Shown here: in pieces, positions 1-9,491 of the stretch
How the letters are laid out: every line of letters begins with the position of its first letter
Position numbering within the stretch: the first letter of the stretch is position 1
Assembly: GCA_044221725.1 (NCBI GenBank)
Contig: JBGAON010000001.1
Span: 512,001 to 576,000, forward strand
From: Elusimicrobiota bacterium
GTDB taxonomy: Bacteria; Elusimicrobiota; Elusimicrobia; F11
Direction: 5' to 3'
Length of the DNA stretch: 64,000 nucleotides
Notes under the pieces: generated by a model
What the model saw: only the letters and a program-made list of their open reading frames with translations
Told to the model about the DNA's origin: nothing
The model's database searches: none
Program-made: the position numbers and the translations under genes

Positions 1-362
1 AAATATCCTTCGCCGGTTGGGTCGCCTTTATCGATCTTTTCTTTCGAGAGCCGAATGCATTCGTTGCCAGCGTCCAGGAATGCTTTGCTTTCTTGGGGAT
101 CCGTCTCGAGAACGTAAACGGACAATCGCCACCAGTGCACAGATGCTTTTCCGAAAGCAACCATCGGGTGTTCGGCCGCGTACGGCTTTAGCGTGTCAAA
201 AATTTTGTCGGCTTCTTCGAATTCCAGGTTGTAAAGATGTTTCAGGCCGTCTTGGATGGATTTGTCCAATTCATCGGACGTCTTGAAAGGATTGGCGGCA
301 TAAACCGACGTGTTGGAGAAGAAAAGCGTGAATCCGAGAAGCAGTGCAAATATTTTTTTCAT
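1..362 (-). CDS. Secreted alpha-helical/TPR-like protein, partial (runs off window start)
   Basis: Translated by hand: ATG at 362, MKKIFALLLGFTLFFSNTSVYA signal peptide, then ...IQDGLKHLYNLEFEEADKIFDTL...; open to position 1; directly downstream of uppP. Confidence 0.65.
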   Translation of the reverse strand, partial: MKKIFALLLGFTLFFSNTSVYAANPFKTSDELDKSIQDGLKHLYNLEFEEADKIFDTLKPYAAEHPMVAFGKASVHWWRLSVYVLETDPQESKAFLDAGNECIRLSKEKIDKGDPTGEGY

Positions 363-368
363 TCGTAA

Positions 369-1160
369 TTATTTTATGACAAGCCAGCCGACGATAAAAG
401 CGGCAAGCGCAAGTCGATAGACGACAAACGGCGTAAAAGATTTTTTTCGCACATAAGTTAATAGAACGTGAATGGCTGCAAGCCCGGACAAAAGTGACAG
501 CAGCATTGCTGTAAGAATAGCGGGATCACTGATATTGTGCACGAGGTATTTACTTTTTAATAATCCGGCGCCGAACGTGATGGGAATCGCCAGAAAAAAT
601 GAGAACCGCACGGCCGCCTCGCGTTCGAGTCCGAACAAAAGCCCCATCGTGATGGTGACGCCCGATCGGGATACGCCCGGAATAATGGCAAACCCTTGCG
701 CGACTCCGATGGCAAGCGCTTTGCCCCAAGACAAGTTTCCAAGGGAGGTGTCTTTCTTGCCCCACCGATCGGCCGCCCATAAACAGAGTCCCATCGCCGA
801 CAACGTGATGACCAGCAACTTTGGCGACCGGAAAATCGTTTCGGCCTGTTTCTCGAATAAAAATCCGAAAATCGCGCCCGGAATTGTGGCCAGCGCGATC
901 TTCCAGGGCAGCAGGTGTTCGCAGGTGCGTGCGCCTTGCAGCGACTCCATGAATTTCTGGATCAGCGAAATGACGTCTGCGCGAAAATAAATGACGACGG
1001 CCAACAGCGTTCCCCAGTGCAACGCCACGTCAAAAGCGAGTCCTGGATCGTCCCAGCCCGTAAAGAAAGGAAGAAGCGTTAGATGCGCTGAGCTGGAAAC
1101 CGGAAGATATTCCGTGAGACCTTGAATTAGACCGTACACCGCTGCTTGGAGGAGGTTCAT
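369..1160 (-). CDS. uppP: Undecaprenyl-diphosphate phosphatase (BacA/UppP)
   Basis: QGLTEYLPVSSSAHL and IIPGVSRSGVTI motifs; hydrophobic 263 aa. Confidence 0.97.
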   Translation of the reverse strand: MNLLQAAVYGLIQGLTEYLPVSSSAHLTLLPFFTGWDDPGLAFDVALHWGTLLAVVIYFRADVISLIQKFMESLQGARTCEHLLPWKIALATIPGAIFGFLFEKQAETIFRSPKLLVITLSAMGLCLWAADRWGKKDTSLGNLSWGKALAIGVAQGFAIIPGVSRSGVTITMGLLFGLEREAAVRFSFFLAIPITFGAGLLKSKYLVHNISDPAILTAMLLSLLSGLAAIHVLLTYVRKKSFTPFVVYRLALAAFIVGWLVIK

Positions 1161-1233
1161 GGACGGATACTAGTACAAAACAGAAAATGCATCTTGTTGG
1201 CGCTGCGATTCGCTGTTAAGCTGGTGACGAAAA

Positions 1234-2163
1234 ATGAATCTTTCAAAGAAAGTAATTTCGAGCGTCGAAAAAGTTTTGTTGGGAAAACCCGAAGCGGTTC
1301 GACTTGCGGTCGCGTGTTTCTTGGCCGAAGGGCATTTGTTGATCGATGACATTCCTGGCGTTGGAAAAACAACTCTCGCGCTGGCGCTCGCGAAATCCGT
1401 CGGCTGTTCGTTTCAACGCATCCAATTCACGAGCGACATGTTGCCGTCGGACCTTATGGGTGTGTCGATTTTCAATCAGCAAAACCAAAGTTTTGATTTT
1501 AAGCCGGGCCCGCTGTTTCACCACGTTGTTCTCGCCGACGAAATAAATCGGGCTTCTCCGAAGACGCAAAGCGCGCTGCTCGAATCGATGCAAGAGCGCC
1601 AAGTTTCCATCGATCGAGAGACGTACAATTTGCCACGACCGTTTTTTGTGGTGGCGACCCAAAATCCGCACGAGCATCACGGCACGTTCCCACTGCCGGA
1701 ATCGCAACTCGATCGTTTCATGATGCGGCTCAATCTGGGTTACCCGAGCGAAGCCTCGGAAACGGCGATTTTGCGCGGCGATAGCATTGTGCCGCATGTG
1801 AGTTTGCTCGAATCGGTTACCGATGCGGCCAGTGTCGTTGCCGAGGTCGATCGCGTGCGCAAAGTTACCGTCGATGAAAGTTTGGATCGTTACATGGTTC
1901 AGGTGGCCCAAGCAACACGAAGTTCGTCCGCCATTGAACTCGCGCTAAGCCCGCGGGGCACGCTCGCGCTCAGACGCTGCGCCCAAGCGCTCGCGGTGAC
2001 GGACAACCGCACCTACGTCATTCCCGACGACATTAAACTCGCGAGTGTTCCGGTCATTTCCCACCGGCTGCGGCTTCGCGGCGGAAATTTTAACGGCAGC
2101 ACCTCGGTTGCCGCTCAGCACGTGGTCAAAGAAATTGTGGACCATGTTCCAATTCCTATCTAA
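1234..2163 (+). CDS. MoxR-family AAA+ ATPase
   Basis: DIPGVGKT Walker A, RIQFTSDMLPSD, ADEINRASPKTQSALLE, ATQNP, LPESQLDRF. Confidence 0.95.
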   Translation: MNLSKKVISSVEKVLLGKPEAVRLAVACFLAEGHLLIDDIPGVGKTTLALALAKSVGCSFQRIQFTSDMLPSDLMGVSIFNQQNQSFDFKPGPLFHHVVLADEINRASPKTQSALLESMQERQVSIDRETYNLPRPFFVVATQNPHEHHGTFPLPESQLDRFMMRLNLGYPSEASETAILRGDSIVPHVSLLESVTDAASVVAEVDRVRKVTVDESLDRYMVQVAQATRSSSAIELALSPRGTLALRRCAQALAVTDNRTYVIPDDIKLASVPVISHRLRLRGGNFNGSTSVAAQHVVKEIVDHVPIPI

Positions 2164-3202
2164 GTTCCAATCCAAACGCCCCTTTAAACTCACCGGCGCC
2201 GGTTGGGTTTTCATTCTCTACACAATTGGTGTCGGTGCGGGCGCCATCAACACCGGTAACAATCTGTTGTATCTGGTGTTCGGTGTTTTTTTGGGCCTTA
2301 TGTTGGCGTCCGGATTTTTATCGGACTTAAGTCTCTGGGCCGTGGACGTCTCTTACACGCTTCCGCACGCGGCCGCGGCCGGCGAACCCATGTCGATATT
2401 GCTGGCGGTTGAAAACACGAAGCGACGCGTCCCATCCATCTCGGTGATCGTGACGATCGAAGGGAAGCTGCGCGGAAAGATTGTGCGGCTGCGGCGTTAC
2501 GTTCCTTATATTGCCGCGCGTGGTCTCGTGCAGACGCGCTTTGAATGGAGTCCGCCGGAGCGCGGACAATTTGAATTGCATCAGGTGCGTTTGTCCACAC
2601 GGTATCCGTTCGGACTTCTCGAGAAATGGTGGCGACTTCGCATGGAATACCACGGCGAAGAACGGGTGTTTGTGACGCCGAATATTTTCCCGGTAAATAT
2701 TGCGCAACTCCCGATTCGATCCTCTGGAAACGAGCGTGAAGATGAAACTCGGATGCGCGGAGAGAGCGCCACGCTGCTTGGACTACGTTCGTACGCGCAC
2801 GGCGATAATCCCCGGCGCATTCACTGGCGAGCCACCGCGAAACGGGCGCCCACGTCGGTGGCAGGTTCCGAATGGTTGGTTCGTGAAATGGGTCAGGAGC
2901 AAAAAGAGGAAATTGTGTTTCGCTCGCCGGAATTGCACCAGGTGAGGAACGTGGCCGATGAAGCGGTGGAGCGCTTTGTTGCGTTTTTTGCGTCGGCCGT
3001 ACGGGCGTCGCGCGCGGCCGGTTACGACGTGGCGATTGCGCTTGGTGGGCACCGCGTGCTGGACGAGGCGCAATTTTTCGCCACGTGGAACCCGCGTCAG
3101 AAAGCCGATGCTCAAAAAATTCTTGTCGAAGCGGAACTCTTACGATCCGGTGCGCGGGCCGTCGATGTTTGGGAGGCGTATCACGTCCAAAACGCTCGTT
3201 AG
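2144..3202 (+). CDS. DUF58 domain protein
   Basis: N-terminal TM pair (AINTGNNLLYL), STRYPFGL, LRSYAHGDNPRRIHWRATAK; follows MoxR; start placed at ATG 2144. Confidence 0.88.
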   Translation: MFQFLSKFQSKRPFKLTGAGWVFILYTIGVGAGAINTGNNLLYLVFGVFLGLMLASGFLSDLSLWAVDVSYTLPHAAAAGEPMSILLAVENTKRRVPSISVIVTIEGKLRGKIVRLRRYVPYIAARGLVQTRFEWSPPERGQFELHQVRLSTRYPFGLLEKWWRLRMEYHGEERVFVTPNIFPVNIAQLPIRSSGNEREDETRMRGESATLLGLRSYAHGDNPRRIHWRATAKRAPTSVAGSEWLVREMGQEQKEEIVFRSPELHQVRNVADEAVERFVAFFASAVRASRAAGYDVAIALGGHRVLDEAQFFATWNPRQKADAQKILVEAELLRSGARAVDVWEAYHVQNAR

Positions 3203-5315
3203 ATCCGTTTGGTTGCTTGCGCTTATCAGTGTGCTGTCTGTTGTTGTGACGCGCGAATGTCAACCGCTTTTCATTGGCGTTTTCACCGTATTTTTTGTGA
3301 TTGGTGTGAAAATCGAAAAGTTCTCGCGGCTCGCGAACATGTTTGGCACGCTGCAACCGTATCTCGCTGCGGTGTTCTTTGCGGTGAGCGTCGTGGATTT
3401 CTTTTTCTTATCCAATTCGTTTCTTTTAACGGTGGCGCATTTTTTGCTGAGCATCCAGGGGCTGCGATTGCTGGCGCTCCGAACGAACCGTGAATGCCTT
3501 GGAAGTTTGCTGTTGTCGTCGCTCACAATGTTGTCCGCGTCGACGCTATCGGTCGAATGGACTTTTTTCGTTTTCTTGTTCGGTTTCCTGCTTGTCCTAA
3601 TTTGGACGTTGATACTTTTGACGGTAATCGAGGAAAGCAAAGCCGATGACTCGATGAACGGTGCTGGCCTGGTTGAAGAAACGTTTGTTTGGCGCCAGGT
3701 GACGCCCGTGTTGCGGGCGGCTTCGCTGTGCGCGTTCCTGCTCGCCATGCTGTGCTGCAGCGTCGTGTTTTTGGTTTTTCCCCGCTTTAATTTCCAAGGA
3801 TTCCGCGGGCAATTTTTGCAGCCGGTCCACAAAACCGGGTTCTCCTCGCAAGTTGATCTCGCTGGATCGGGCCGCATTTTTTCCGACGAATCGGTCGTGA
3901 TGCGCGTTGAGATTGATCGCAAAGACCAGCCGCTCTGGACCGGCTATTTGCGCGGACGTACGCTCGACACGTACGCAAGTCCGCTGTGGAAGAAGAGTCC
4001 GGACACGTCGCGCCGCATCTATCGCGCGGCGCGAAACGCGATTGCGTTGTCCGTTCGCAACACGGTTTTTCCAAACGTGCTGCATCAGCGGATTTACCTG
4101 GAGTCGATGGATTCGTCGCTTCTTTTTATGCACGCGGCTCCCGCCTCTGTTTCGATCGAGCGTCCCTTTCTCGAGGAATTTCCCGATGGTTCCGTTCAGA
4201 GAAACACCGGTGATACATGGCGCGTCAAGTACGAAGCGAACTCCATCGTCTCTTTGCTGGATCCGCTGACATTCGAGGCCGACGCCGCGAAGGTGACGCG
4301 GTCGGCGCGTGGTTTCGATTCGGAAGAGATTTCGCGAAATCTCATGGAAGTTCCGAGCGATCAAAAAGGGCGCCTGCGTTCGCTTGCGAACAGAATAATT
4401 GGGAACACGGTATTAGCGCTGGGCCGTGCTCGAAAAATCAACGCGTATCTGCGCACGCGTTACGCGTACACGCTCGACATTCCTGCGAAGGATCCAAAAA
4501 AAGATCCGGTCGCGACGTTCTTGTTTGAGACAAAGAAGGGGAACTGCGAATATTTTGCGTCGGCCATGTGTCTTCTGTTGCGGGCCGAAAAGATTCCGGC
4601 GCGCATGGTGACCGGTTTTCTGTCGCGCGAATGGAACGCCCACGGTTCCTATTACGTGGTTCGTTCGAAACACGCGCACGCCTGGGTGGAAGCGTATATT
4701 GAACCGTACGGGTGGGTGGGTTTTGATCCGTCACCGAGGGTGACGGAGACTCTGTCGCCGGGCAGCGCGCTTATCCGGCGATGGAGCGAATGGACCGACG
4801 AAATGAATTTGAAATGGAACCGCTATATTCTCAGTTATGACTTCGAGCGCCAGGTGGAAATTGTAAAAAGCGTTTCGAACGAGTCGGGAAAAATTTCCTT
4901 TCAGCTGAGCGGTTTCGCTGCGGTCTTCCGCAACATGTCTCACTTGTTTCGGCCCGGTTCCACGAAAGGCCGCTTCGCAAACGGCAGCGCCGTCGCCACT
5001 GGGTACGCCGCAACAATTTTGGTTTTGGCGATCGGCATGTTTGTTGTTTCGGTCATCGCGTTTTTCCGGCGTCGTTCGGACGAGCATGTGTGGTTTTATC
5101 GTGCGTTTCTGCGGCGGTTGGAAACCCGCATCGGAAAGAAGTCCGACACACAAACACTTCAAGAATTTGTGTTGGCCGGTCGGGAAAAACTGGGATTGGC
5201 CGAGGGAAGTGCGTTTTTCTTAATGAACGAGTACCACCGGCTTCGCTTTGGCGGTGGTGCCGGCTCCCAGCCTATCGACCGCCGCGTATTGCGCGAAAAA
5301 CTGCGCGAAATTTAG
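3165..5315 (+). CDS. DUF3488 + transglutaminase-like membrane protein (TgpA family)
   Basis: Multi-TM N-terminus, GNCEYFASAM (Cys), HAHAWVEAY (His), FDPSP (Asp); MoxR-DUF58-TGase triad; start uncertain (ATG 3165 chosen). Confidence 0.9.
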   Translation: MFGRRITSKTLVRSVWLLALISVLSVVVTRECQPLFIGVFTVFFVIGVKIEKFSRLANMFGTLQPYLAAVFFAVSVVDFFFLSNSFLLTVAHFLLSIQGLRLLALRTNRECLGSLLLSSLTMLSASTLSVEWTFFVFLFGFLLVLIWTLILLTVIEESKADDSMNGAGLVEETFVWRQVTPVLRAASLCAFLLAMLCCSVVFLVFPRFNFQGFRGQFLQPVHKTGFSSQVDLAGSGRIFSDESVVMRVEIDRKDQPLWTGYLRGRTLDTYASPLWKKSPDTSRRIYRAARNAIALSVRNTVFPNVLHQRIYLESMDSSLLFMHAAPASVSIERPFLEEFPDGSVQRNTGDTWRVKYEANSIVSLLDPLTFEADAAKVTRSARGFDSEEISRNLMEVPSDQKGRLRSLANRIIGNTVLALGRARKINAYLRTRYAYTLDIPAKDPKKDPVATFLFETKKGNCEYFASAMCLLLRAEKIPARMVTGFLSREWNAHGSYYVVRSKHAHAWVEAYIEPYGWVGFDPSPRVTETLSPGSALIRRWSEWTDEMNLKWNRYILSYDFERQVEIVKSVSNESGKISFQLSGFAAVFRNMSHLFRPGSTKGRFANGSAVATGYAATILVLAIGMFVVSVIAFFRRRSDEHVWFYRAFLRRLETRIGKKSDTQTLQEFVLAGREKLGLAEGSAFFLMNEYHRLRFGGGAGSQPIDRRVLREKLREI

Positions 5316-5342
5316 CCGAGGTGCTCTAGCCGGGTTTTTTCT

Positions 5343-5600
5343 TATGTATGTATGTGTATGTTTGTATGTTGTATGGGGTCAAGTCGCGACATCCGACATT
5401 TAAAATATATCGGCCCTCAGGCTTGCCATGTTTTGCAAATGTCGTGTGTATCGGCCCTCAGGCTTGCCATGTTTTGCAAATGTCGTGTGTATGGGGTCAA
5501 GTCGCGACATCCGACATTTAAAATATATCGGCACTCAGGCTTGCCATGTTTTGCAAATGTCGGATGTCGCGACTTGGCCCCTTTTTCTTGACCCCTTTTT
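5343..5600. repeat. Composite REP-like palindromic repeat array
   Basis: Complete unit 5493-5581 has 27-bp inverted arms with one mismatch; truncated direct copies at 5375-5444 and 5451-5485; TATG stutter on the left, CTTGACCCC/poly-T stutter on the right. Confidence 0.85.
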
Positions 5601-5604
5601 CTTT

Positions 5605-6024
5605 TTATTGACACTCATCGATGACGCTATTCAATTCGATAATTGTTTGACCGAGTTCGGTTTGATCGCCACGGAATTGGAAAGAAAGTTTGTTTCCTTT
5701 CTCGATGTTGTCGATGGCTTCTCCTTTAGCGGAATAATGGCCATGACCGTCCATTTCAACTTTCAATTGGATTTGTCTTTCCATAATCTGAGAAAGCTCG
5801 GCCGTTCCTTTTAGATCTCGATGTATGGCCACAAGTTGTTCTCGAAATTGAATGAGATCTTCAAACGGTATAGCGGTACGATAATCACCGACAAACCCAC
5901 CGATCGCAATGTGAATATTTGCCTCGACGGATTTGTACGCAAAGTTCTTGTCCTTTTTTGGAAAGGACAACACGGTAACCGTTAACTGCTCGTTGGGACT
6001 GCTGCCAATTGACCATGCTTTCAT
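5605..6024 (-). CDS. Hypothetical protein, resembles WapI-like immunity proteins
   Basis: 139-aa ORF with GGAG Shine-Dalgarno (SD); FxxxLxxFxxQL...LKGxAEL...DQT pattern recalled from WapI-like proteins. Confidence 0.5.
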   Translation of the reverse strand: MKAWSIGSSPNEQLTVTVLSFPKKDKNFAYKSVEANIHIAIGGFVGDYRTAIPFEDLIQFREQLVAIHRDLKGTAELSQIMERQIQLKVEMDGHGHYSAKGEAIDNIEKGNKLSFQFRGDQTELGQTIIELNSVIDECQ

Positions 6025-6205
6025 TCGAGTTTGTCTCCTATCGAAACGCTAACAAATCTTTTGCCATAGAACATTGTTAGAAATCCTAGTCGCCCACAAC
6101 AGGATGGCCGGAGAGCGCCAGATATTCAACATGGGAATGGAAAAACGGCGCGGGGCCTGCGGCTTCCCTGGTCCGTCGACGGTGTGCTAAGCTCGGCCAC
6201 CCCTC

Positions 6206-6853
6206 ATGAATCTGCTTAATCGGCTGGAACGATCCTTCGGTTGGATGGCCATTGGTCACCTTCCTATTTATATAGTAACCGCGCAGGCGCTGTTGTACGT
6301 TTGGGCCACGCTCAATCCCGAAGCAACCCACCTATTGATGCTCGATCCTTATGCGGTTCGAAACGGCGAAATTTGGCGGCTGTTGACGTTTTTGTTCATG
6401 ATTCCGTTTCAGAACGTGATCTTCACGTTCTTCTATCTGTATTTCCAATATTTGTGCGGCACGGCGCTCGAAGAAGAATGGGGAAGTTTCCCGCTCACCA
6501 TTTTTTATCTCGTCGGCGCTCTGGGCGCGATTGCCGCGTCATTTTTGGTTGGGGGGAACACGCAAGGCGCTTTTTACTTCAACGAAACCATTTTCCTCGC
6601 GTTTGCGGCGCTTTATCCGAACTTTACGATTCTGCTTTTCTTCTTCATACCGCTCAAAGTGAAATGGATTGCGTGGTTCACGTGGATCCATATATTGTTT
6701 GGGCTGTACGGAGCGCCTCTTGTCTGGAAGCTCGCGGTGTTTATTTCGCTTGCCAACTATTTCCTGTTCTTCTCGAAGAGACATTTTAACCAGGTCCGTG
6801 ATGTGATTCAGCGTTATCGGCACCGCCAGCGCTACAAGGATTTTAATAACTGA
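6206..6853 (+). CDS. Rhomboid-like/Der1-like membrane protein
   Basis: GEIWRLLTFLF motif, multiple TMs, FFFIPLKVKW; no clear catalytic GxS. Confidence 0.7.
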   Translation: MNLLNRLERSFGWMAIGHLPIYIVTAQALLYVWATLNPEATHLLMLDPYAVRNGEIWRLLTFLFMIPFQNVIFTFFYLYFQYLCGTALEEEWGSFPLTIFYLVGALGAIAASFLVGGNTQGAFYFNETIFLAFAALYPNFTILLFFFIPLKVKWIAWFTWIHILFGLYGAPLVWKLAVFISLANYFLFFSKRHFNQVRDVIQRYRHRQRYKDFNN

Positions 6854-9408
6854 TGGAAACCTCAACGGTCCCTTCCTCCCCAGCCGCTCCAAGCGCCAAA
6901 GCGGCGACGCCGGTGATGCAGCAGTACCTTTCTATTAAGCAGCGCTACGCGGATGAGATTGTGTTTTTCCGGCTCGGCGATTTTTACGAGATGTTTTTTG
7001 AGGATGCCGTGAAGGCCGCGCCCATTTTGGAAGTGGCGCTCACGCAGCGGCAAACGGTTCCCATGTGCGGTATTCCGCACCACGCGATGACGAGTTATCT
7101 TTCGAAGTTGATCAAGGCCGGCATCAGCGTGGCGATTGCCGAGCAGCTTCAGGATCCGAAGCAAACGAAGGGCATGGTCAAGCGCGATGTGGTGCGTGTG
7201 GTGACCCCCGGCACGCTGGTCGAAGATGAACTGTTGCCGTCGCGCGCGAACAATTTTTTGTTGGCGATCACGGTTTCTCCATCCGGAAAAAACACGTGGG
7301 CGCTGGCGGCCGCCGATGTTTCGACGGGCCGCCAATGGGTGGGGGAACTCGACAACGATTTTCATTGGAACACGCTCAAGGCGCACGTGGCGTCTCTGAA
7401 CCCCAGCGAGATTCTTCTCATCGGTGACGCTAATAAATTGCCGTCTTATTTCGCGGGGAATGCCGTTGTTCGCTATCAACCAACGCCGCTCGCCGAACCG
7501 TCGCTCAAGGGCCAAGTTCTCTCGGCCATCCGAAATTATTTGGAGCGGGATCATTCCGAAGCTGTCAAAAGTTTGCGAGCCGCCGAACCTTTGCCGATGT
7601 CGGCCGGACAAACGCTGTTCTTGGATGAAACCGCGATTCGTCATTTGGAGCTCGTTCAATCGGCCGATCCGGGCGCCGTGATTTCCGGAAAAGCGGGGCC
7701 GACCCTCATCTCCGTGCTTGATCAATGCGCTACGCCGCTTGGAAGTCGGCTGCTGCGCTGGTGGCTGCTGCATCCGTCGCTCGATAAAAGAGTAATTCGG
7801 GACCGGCATGATCAGGTCGAAGACCTGGTGGAAGACTCGCTGCTAAGGACCGATGTTCGGAATTTGTTGACCGGTGTCGCCGATCTCGAACGTATTTCCG
7901 TTCGCACGCAAGCGGGCACCGTGTCGCCGCGCGATTTGGAAGCGCTGCGTCAAAGTTTGGCGCGTGCGCCGCAACTGGTCGCTGCGCTTTCTAAGATTCC
8001 GGCGTTTGATTCGTTTGCGGCGCAGCTCTTGGTTCCGTCGGAACTCACGGAAATTCTTTCGATGCAACTCGCGGAGAGCCCCTCGGCGAAACTCGTGGAT
8101 GGCGGAGTGATTCGCGAAGGTTTTAACGCCGAGCTTGATGAGCTGCGGGGCCTTCGGCGCAGCGGGAAAAAGTGGATCGCAGAGATGGAAGCGGCCGAGC
8201 GCGAAAAAACCGGCATCGGATCGCTTAAAGTCGGATACAACGACATCTTTGGCTATTTCATCGAAGTGTCGAAATCGAATTTGTCGAAAGTGCCCGCCGA
8301 TTGGATTCGCAAGCAGACCATGGCGAACGGCGAACGTTACATCACGCCCGCGCTCAAAGAACAGGAAGAGAAAATTTTGGGAGCCGAAGAAAAGATTCGC
8401 GTGCTCGAAACAAATCTGTACGCGGAACTTGTGCATCAGGTCGGCGCGTTCGGTCCCACGCTGGCGACATTGTCGGAAGCGATCGCGCACATCGATGCCG
8501 TTCTCTCGCTCGCTGATGTGGCGGTCGCGCACAATTTTGTTCGACCGAAAATTTCTGACGCAAACGAACTCGTCATCAAAAACGGCGAACACCCGATCAT
8601 CGCGAAGCAAATTGGTCGCGACCGTTTTATTCCGAACGATTTGTCGCTGTCCGCCGATTCCAATCGAATCGCGGTGATCACCGGCCCAAACATGGCCGGT
8701 AAGTCCACCTATCTTCGGCAGAATGCTCTTATCGTGATTCTCGCACAGATGGGATCGTTCGTTCCGGCCAAGAGCGCCGAGATAGGTTTGGTTGACAAAA
8801 TTTTTACGCGCATCGGCGCGTCGGATCGGCTCACGCAAGGACAATCGACGTTCATGGTGGAGATGCAAGAAGTCGCAACGCTGCTCCGCAACGCGACGGA
8901 CCGGAGTTTGCTGATCCTCGACGAAGTCGGTCGCGGCACGTCGACGTACGACGGCGTCTCGATCGCGTGGGCGGTGATTGAATTCCTTTCCCGTTCCGGC
9001 CCGCGAACGTTGTTCGCCACGCACTATTTCGAACTCACACAACTGGAAGGAAGATTGCCCGGTGTCTTCAACGCGCACGCGACGGCCAAGGAATGGCCTG
9101 GCCCGGACGGTCGCAAGCAAGTGGTTTTCCTGTACCAGATTCTTTCCGGCGCGGCCGACCGCTCCTACGGAATTCATGTGGCCGAAATGGCGGGGCTGCC
9201 GGACGATTGCATTCGGCGCTCGCGCGAAATTCTTAAACAACTTGAATCGGGCGATCACAAACTTCAAAACAAACCGGTGGCGGCCTCGAGTCAGCTCGAG
9301 TTGTTTGACTCGCATCCGGTCGTCGAGGAATTGCGGGCGTTACGTGTGGACACCATGACACCGCTTGAAGCTCTCAATACATTGAATCGTCTGAAGGGGA
9401 AACTATGA
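6853..9408 (+). CDS. mutS: DNA mismatch repair protein MutS
   Basis: TPVMQQY, GDFYEMF, TGPNMAGKST, GQSTFMVEM, DEVGRGTST, FATHYFEL, SYGIHVA. Confidence 0.98.
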   Translation: METSTVPSSPAAPSAKAATPVMQQYLSIKQRYADEIVFFRLGDFYEMFFEDAVKAAPILEVALTQRQTVPMCGIPHHAMTSYLSKLIKAGISVAIAEQLQDPKQTKGMVKRDVVRVVTPGTLVEDELLPSRANNFLLAITVSPSGKNTWALAAADVSTGRQWVGELDNDFHWNTLKAHVASLNPSEILLIGDANKLPSYFAGNAVVRYQPTPLAEPSLKGQVLSAIRNYLERDHSEAVKSLRAAEPLPMSAGQTLFLDETAIRHLELVQSADPGAVISGKAGPTLISVLDQCATPLGSRLLRWWLLHPSLDKRVIRDRHDQVEDLVEDSLLRTDVRNLLTGVADLERISVRTQAGTVSPRDLEALRQSLARAPQLVAALSKIPAFDSFAAQLLVPSELTEILSMQLAESPSAKLVDGGVIREGFNAELDELRGLRRSGKKWIAEMEAAEREKTGIGSLKVGYNDIFGYFIEVSKSNLSKVPADWIRKQTMANGERYITPALKEQEEKILGAEEKIRVLETNLYAELVHQVGAFGPTLATLSEAIAHIDAVLSLADVAVAHNFVRPKISDANELVIKNGEHPIIAKQIGRDRFIPNDLSLSADSNRIAVITGPNMAGKSTYLRQNALIVILAQMGSFVPAKSAEIGLVDKIFTRIGASDRLTQGQSTFMVEMQEVATLLRNATDRSLLILDEVGRGTSTYDGVSIAWAVIEFLSRSGPRTLFATHYFELTQLEGRLPGVFNAHATAKEWPGPDGRKQVVFLYQILSGAADRSYGIHVAEMAGLPDDCIRRSREILKQLESGDHKLQNKPVAASSQLELFDSHPVVEELRALRVDTMTPLEALNTLNRLKGKL

Positions 9409-9410
9409 TT

Positions 9411-9478
9411 CGTCGTTCCCGCGGAAGCGAGAATCTAGGCACCTATGGTGGCTGGGCCCCCGTCTTCGCGGGGCGACG
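9411..9478. repeat. Degenerate CGTC-type REP palindrome between mutS and mutL
   Basis: CGTCGTTCCCGCGGAAGCGAGAATCTAG...CTGGGCCCCCGTCTTCGCGGGGCGACG; CGTC/GACG termini with internal hairpins. Confidence 0.7.
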
Positions 9479-9491
9479 CTGAAGCAATTTT

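Noticed and set aside
1234..5315. MoxR-DUF58-transglutaminase cluster as a novel system
   Set aside because: A widespread, already described gene triad.
5343..5600. Possible CRISPR array
   Set aside because: The intervening sequences are themselves repeated, there are no unique spacers, and no cas genes are nearby.
6086..6150. Minus-strand peptide YLALSGHPVVGD resembling the RluA motif GHPIVGD
   Set aside because: Only about 10 residues match with no other RluA motifs; chance similarity cannot be excluded.
7843..9315. Long antisense ORFs (also 1243-1911, 2298-3356, 33498-34544, 35794-36999)
   Set aside because: They are shadows opposite well-conserved genes, expected at this GC and codon bias, with no recognisable motifs.
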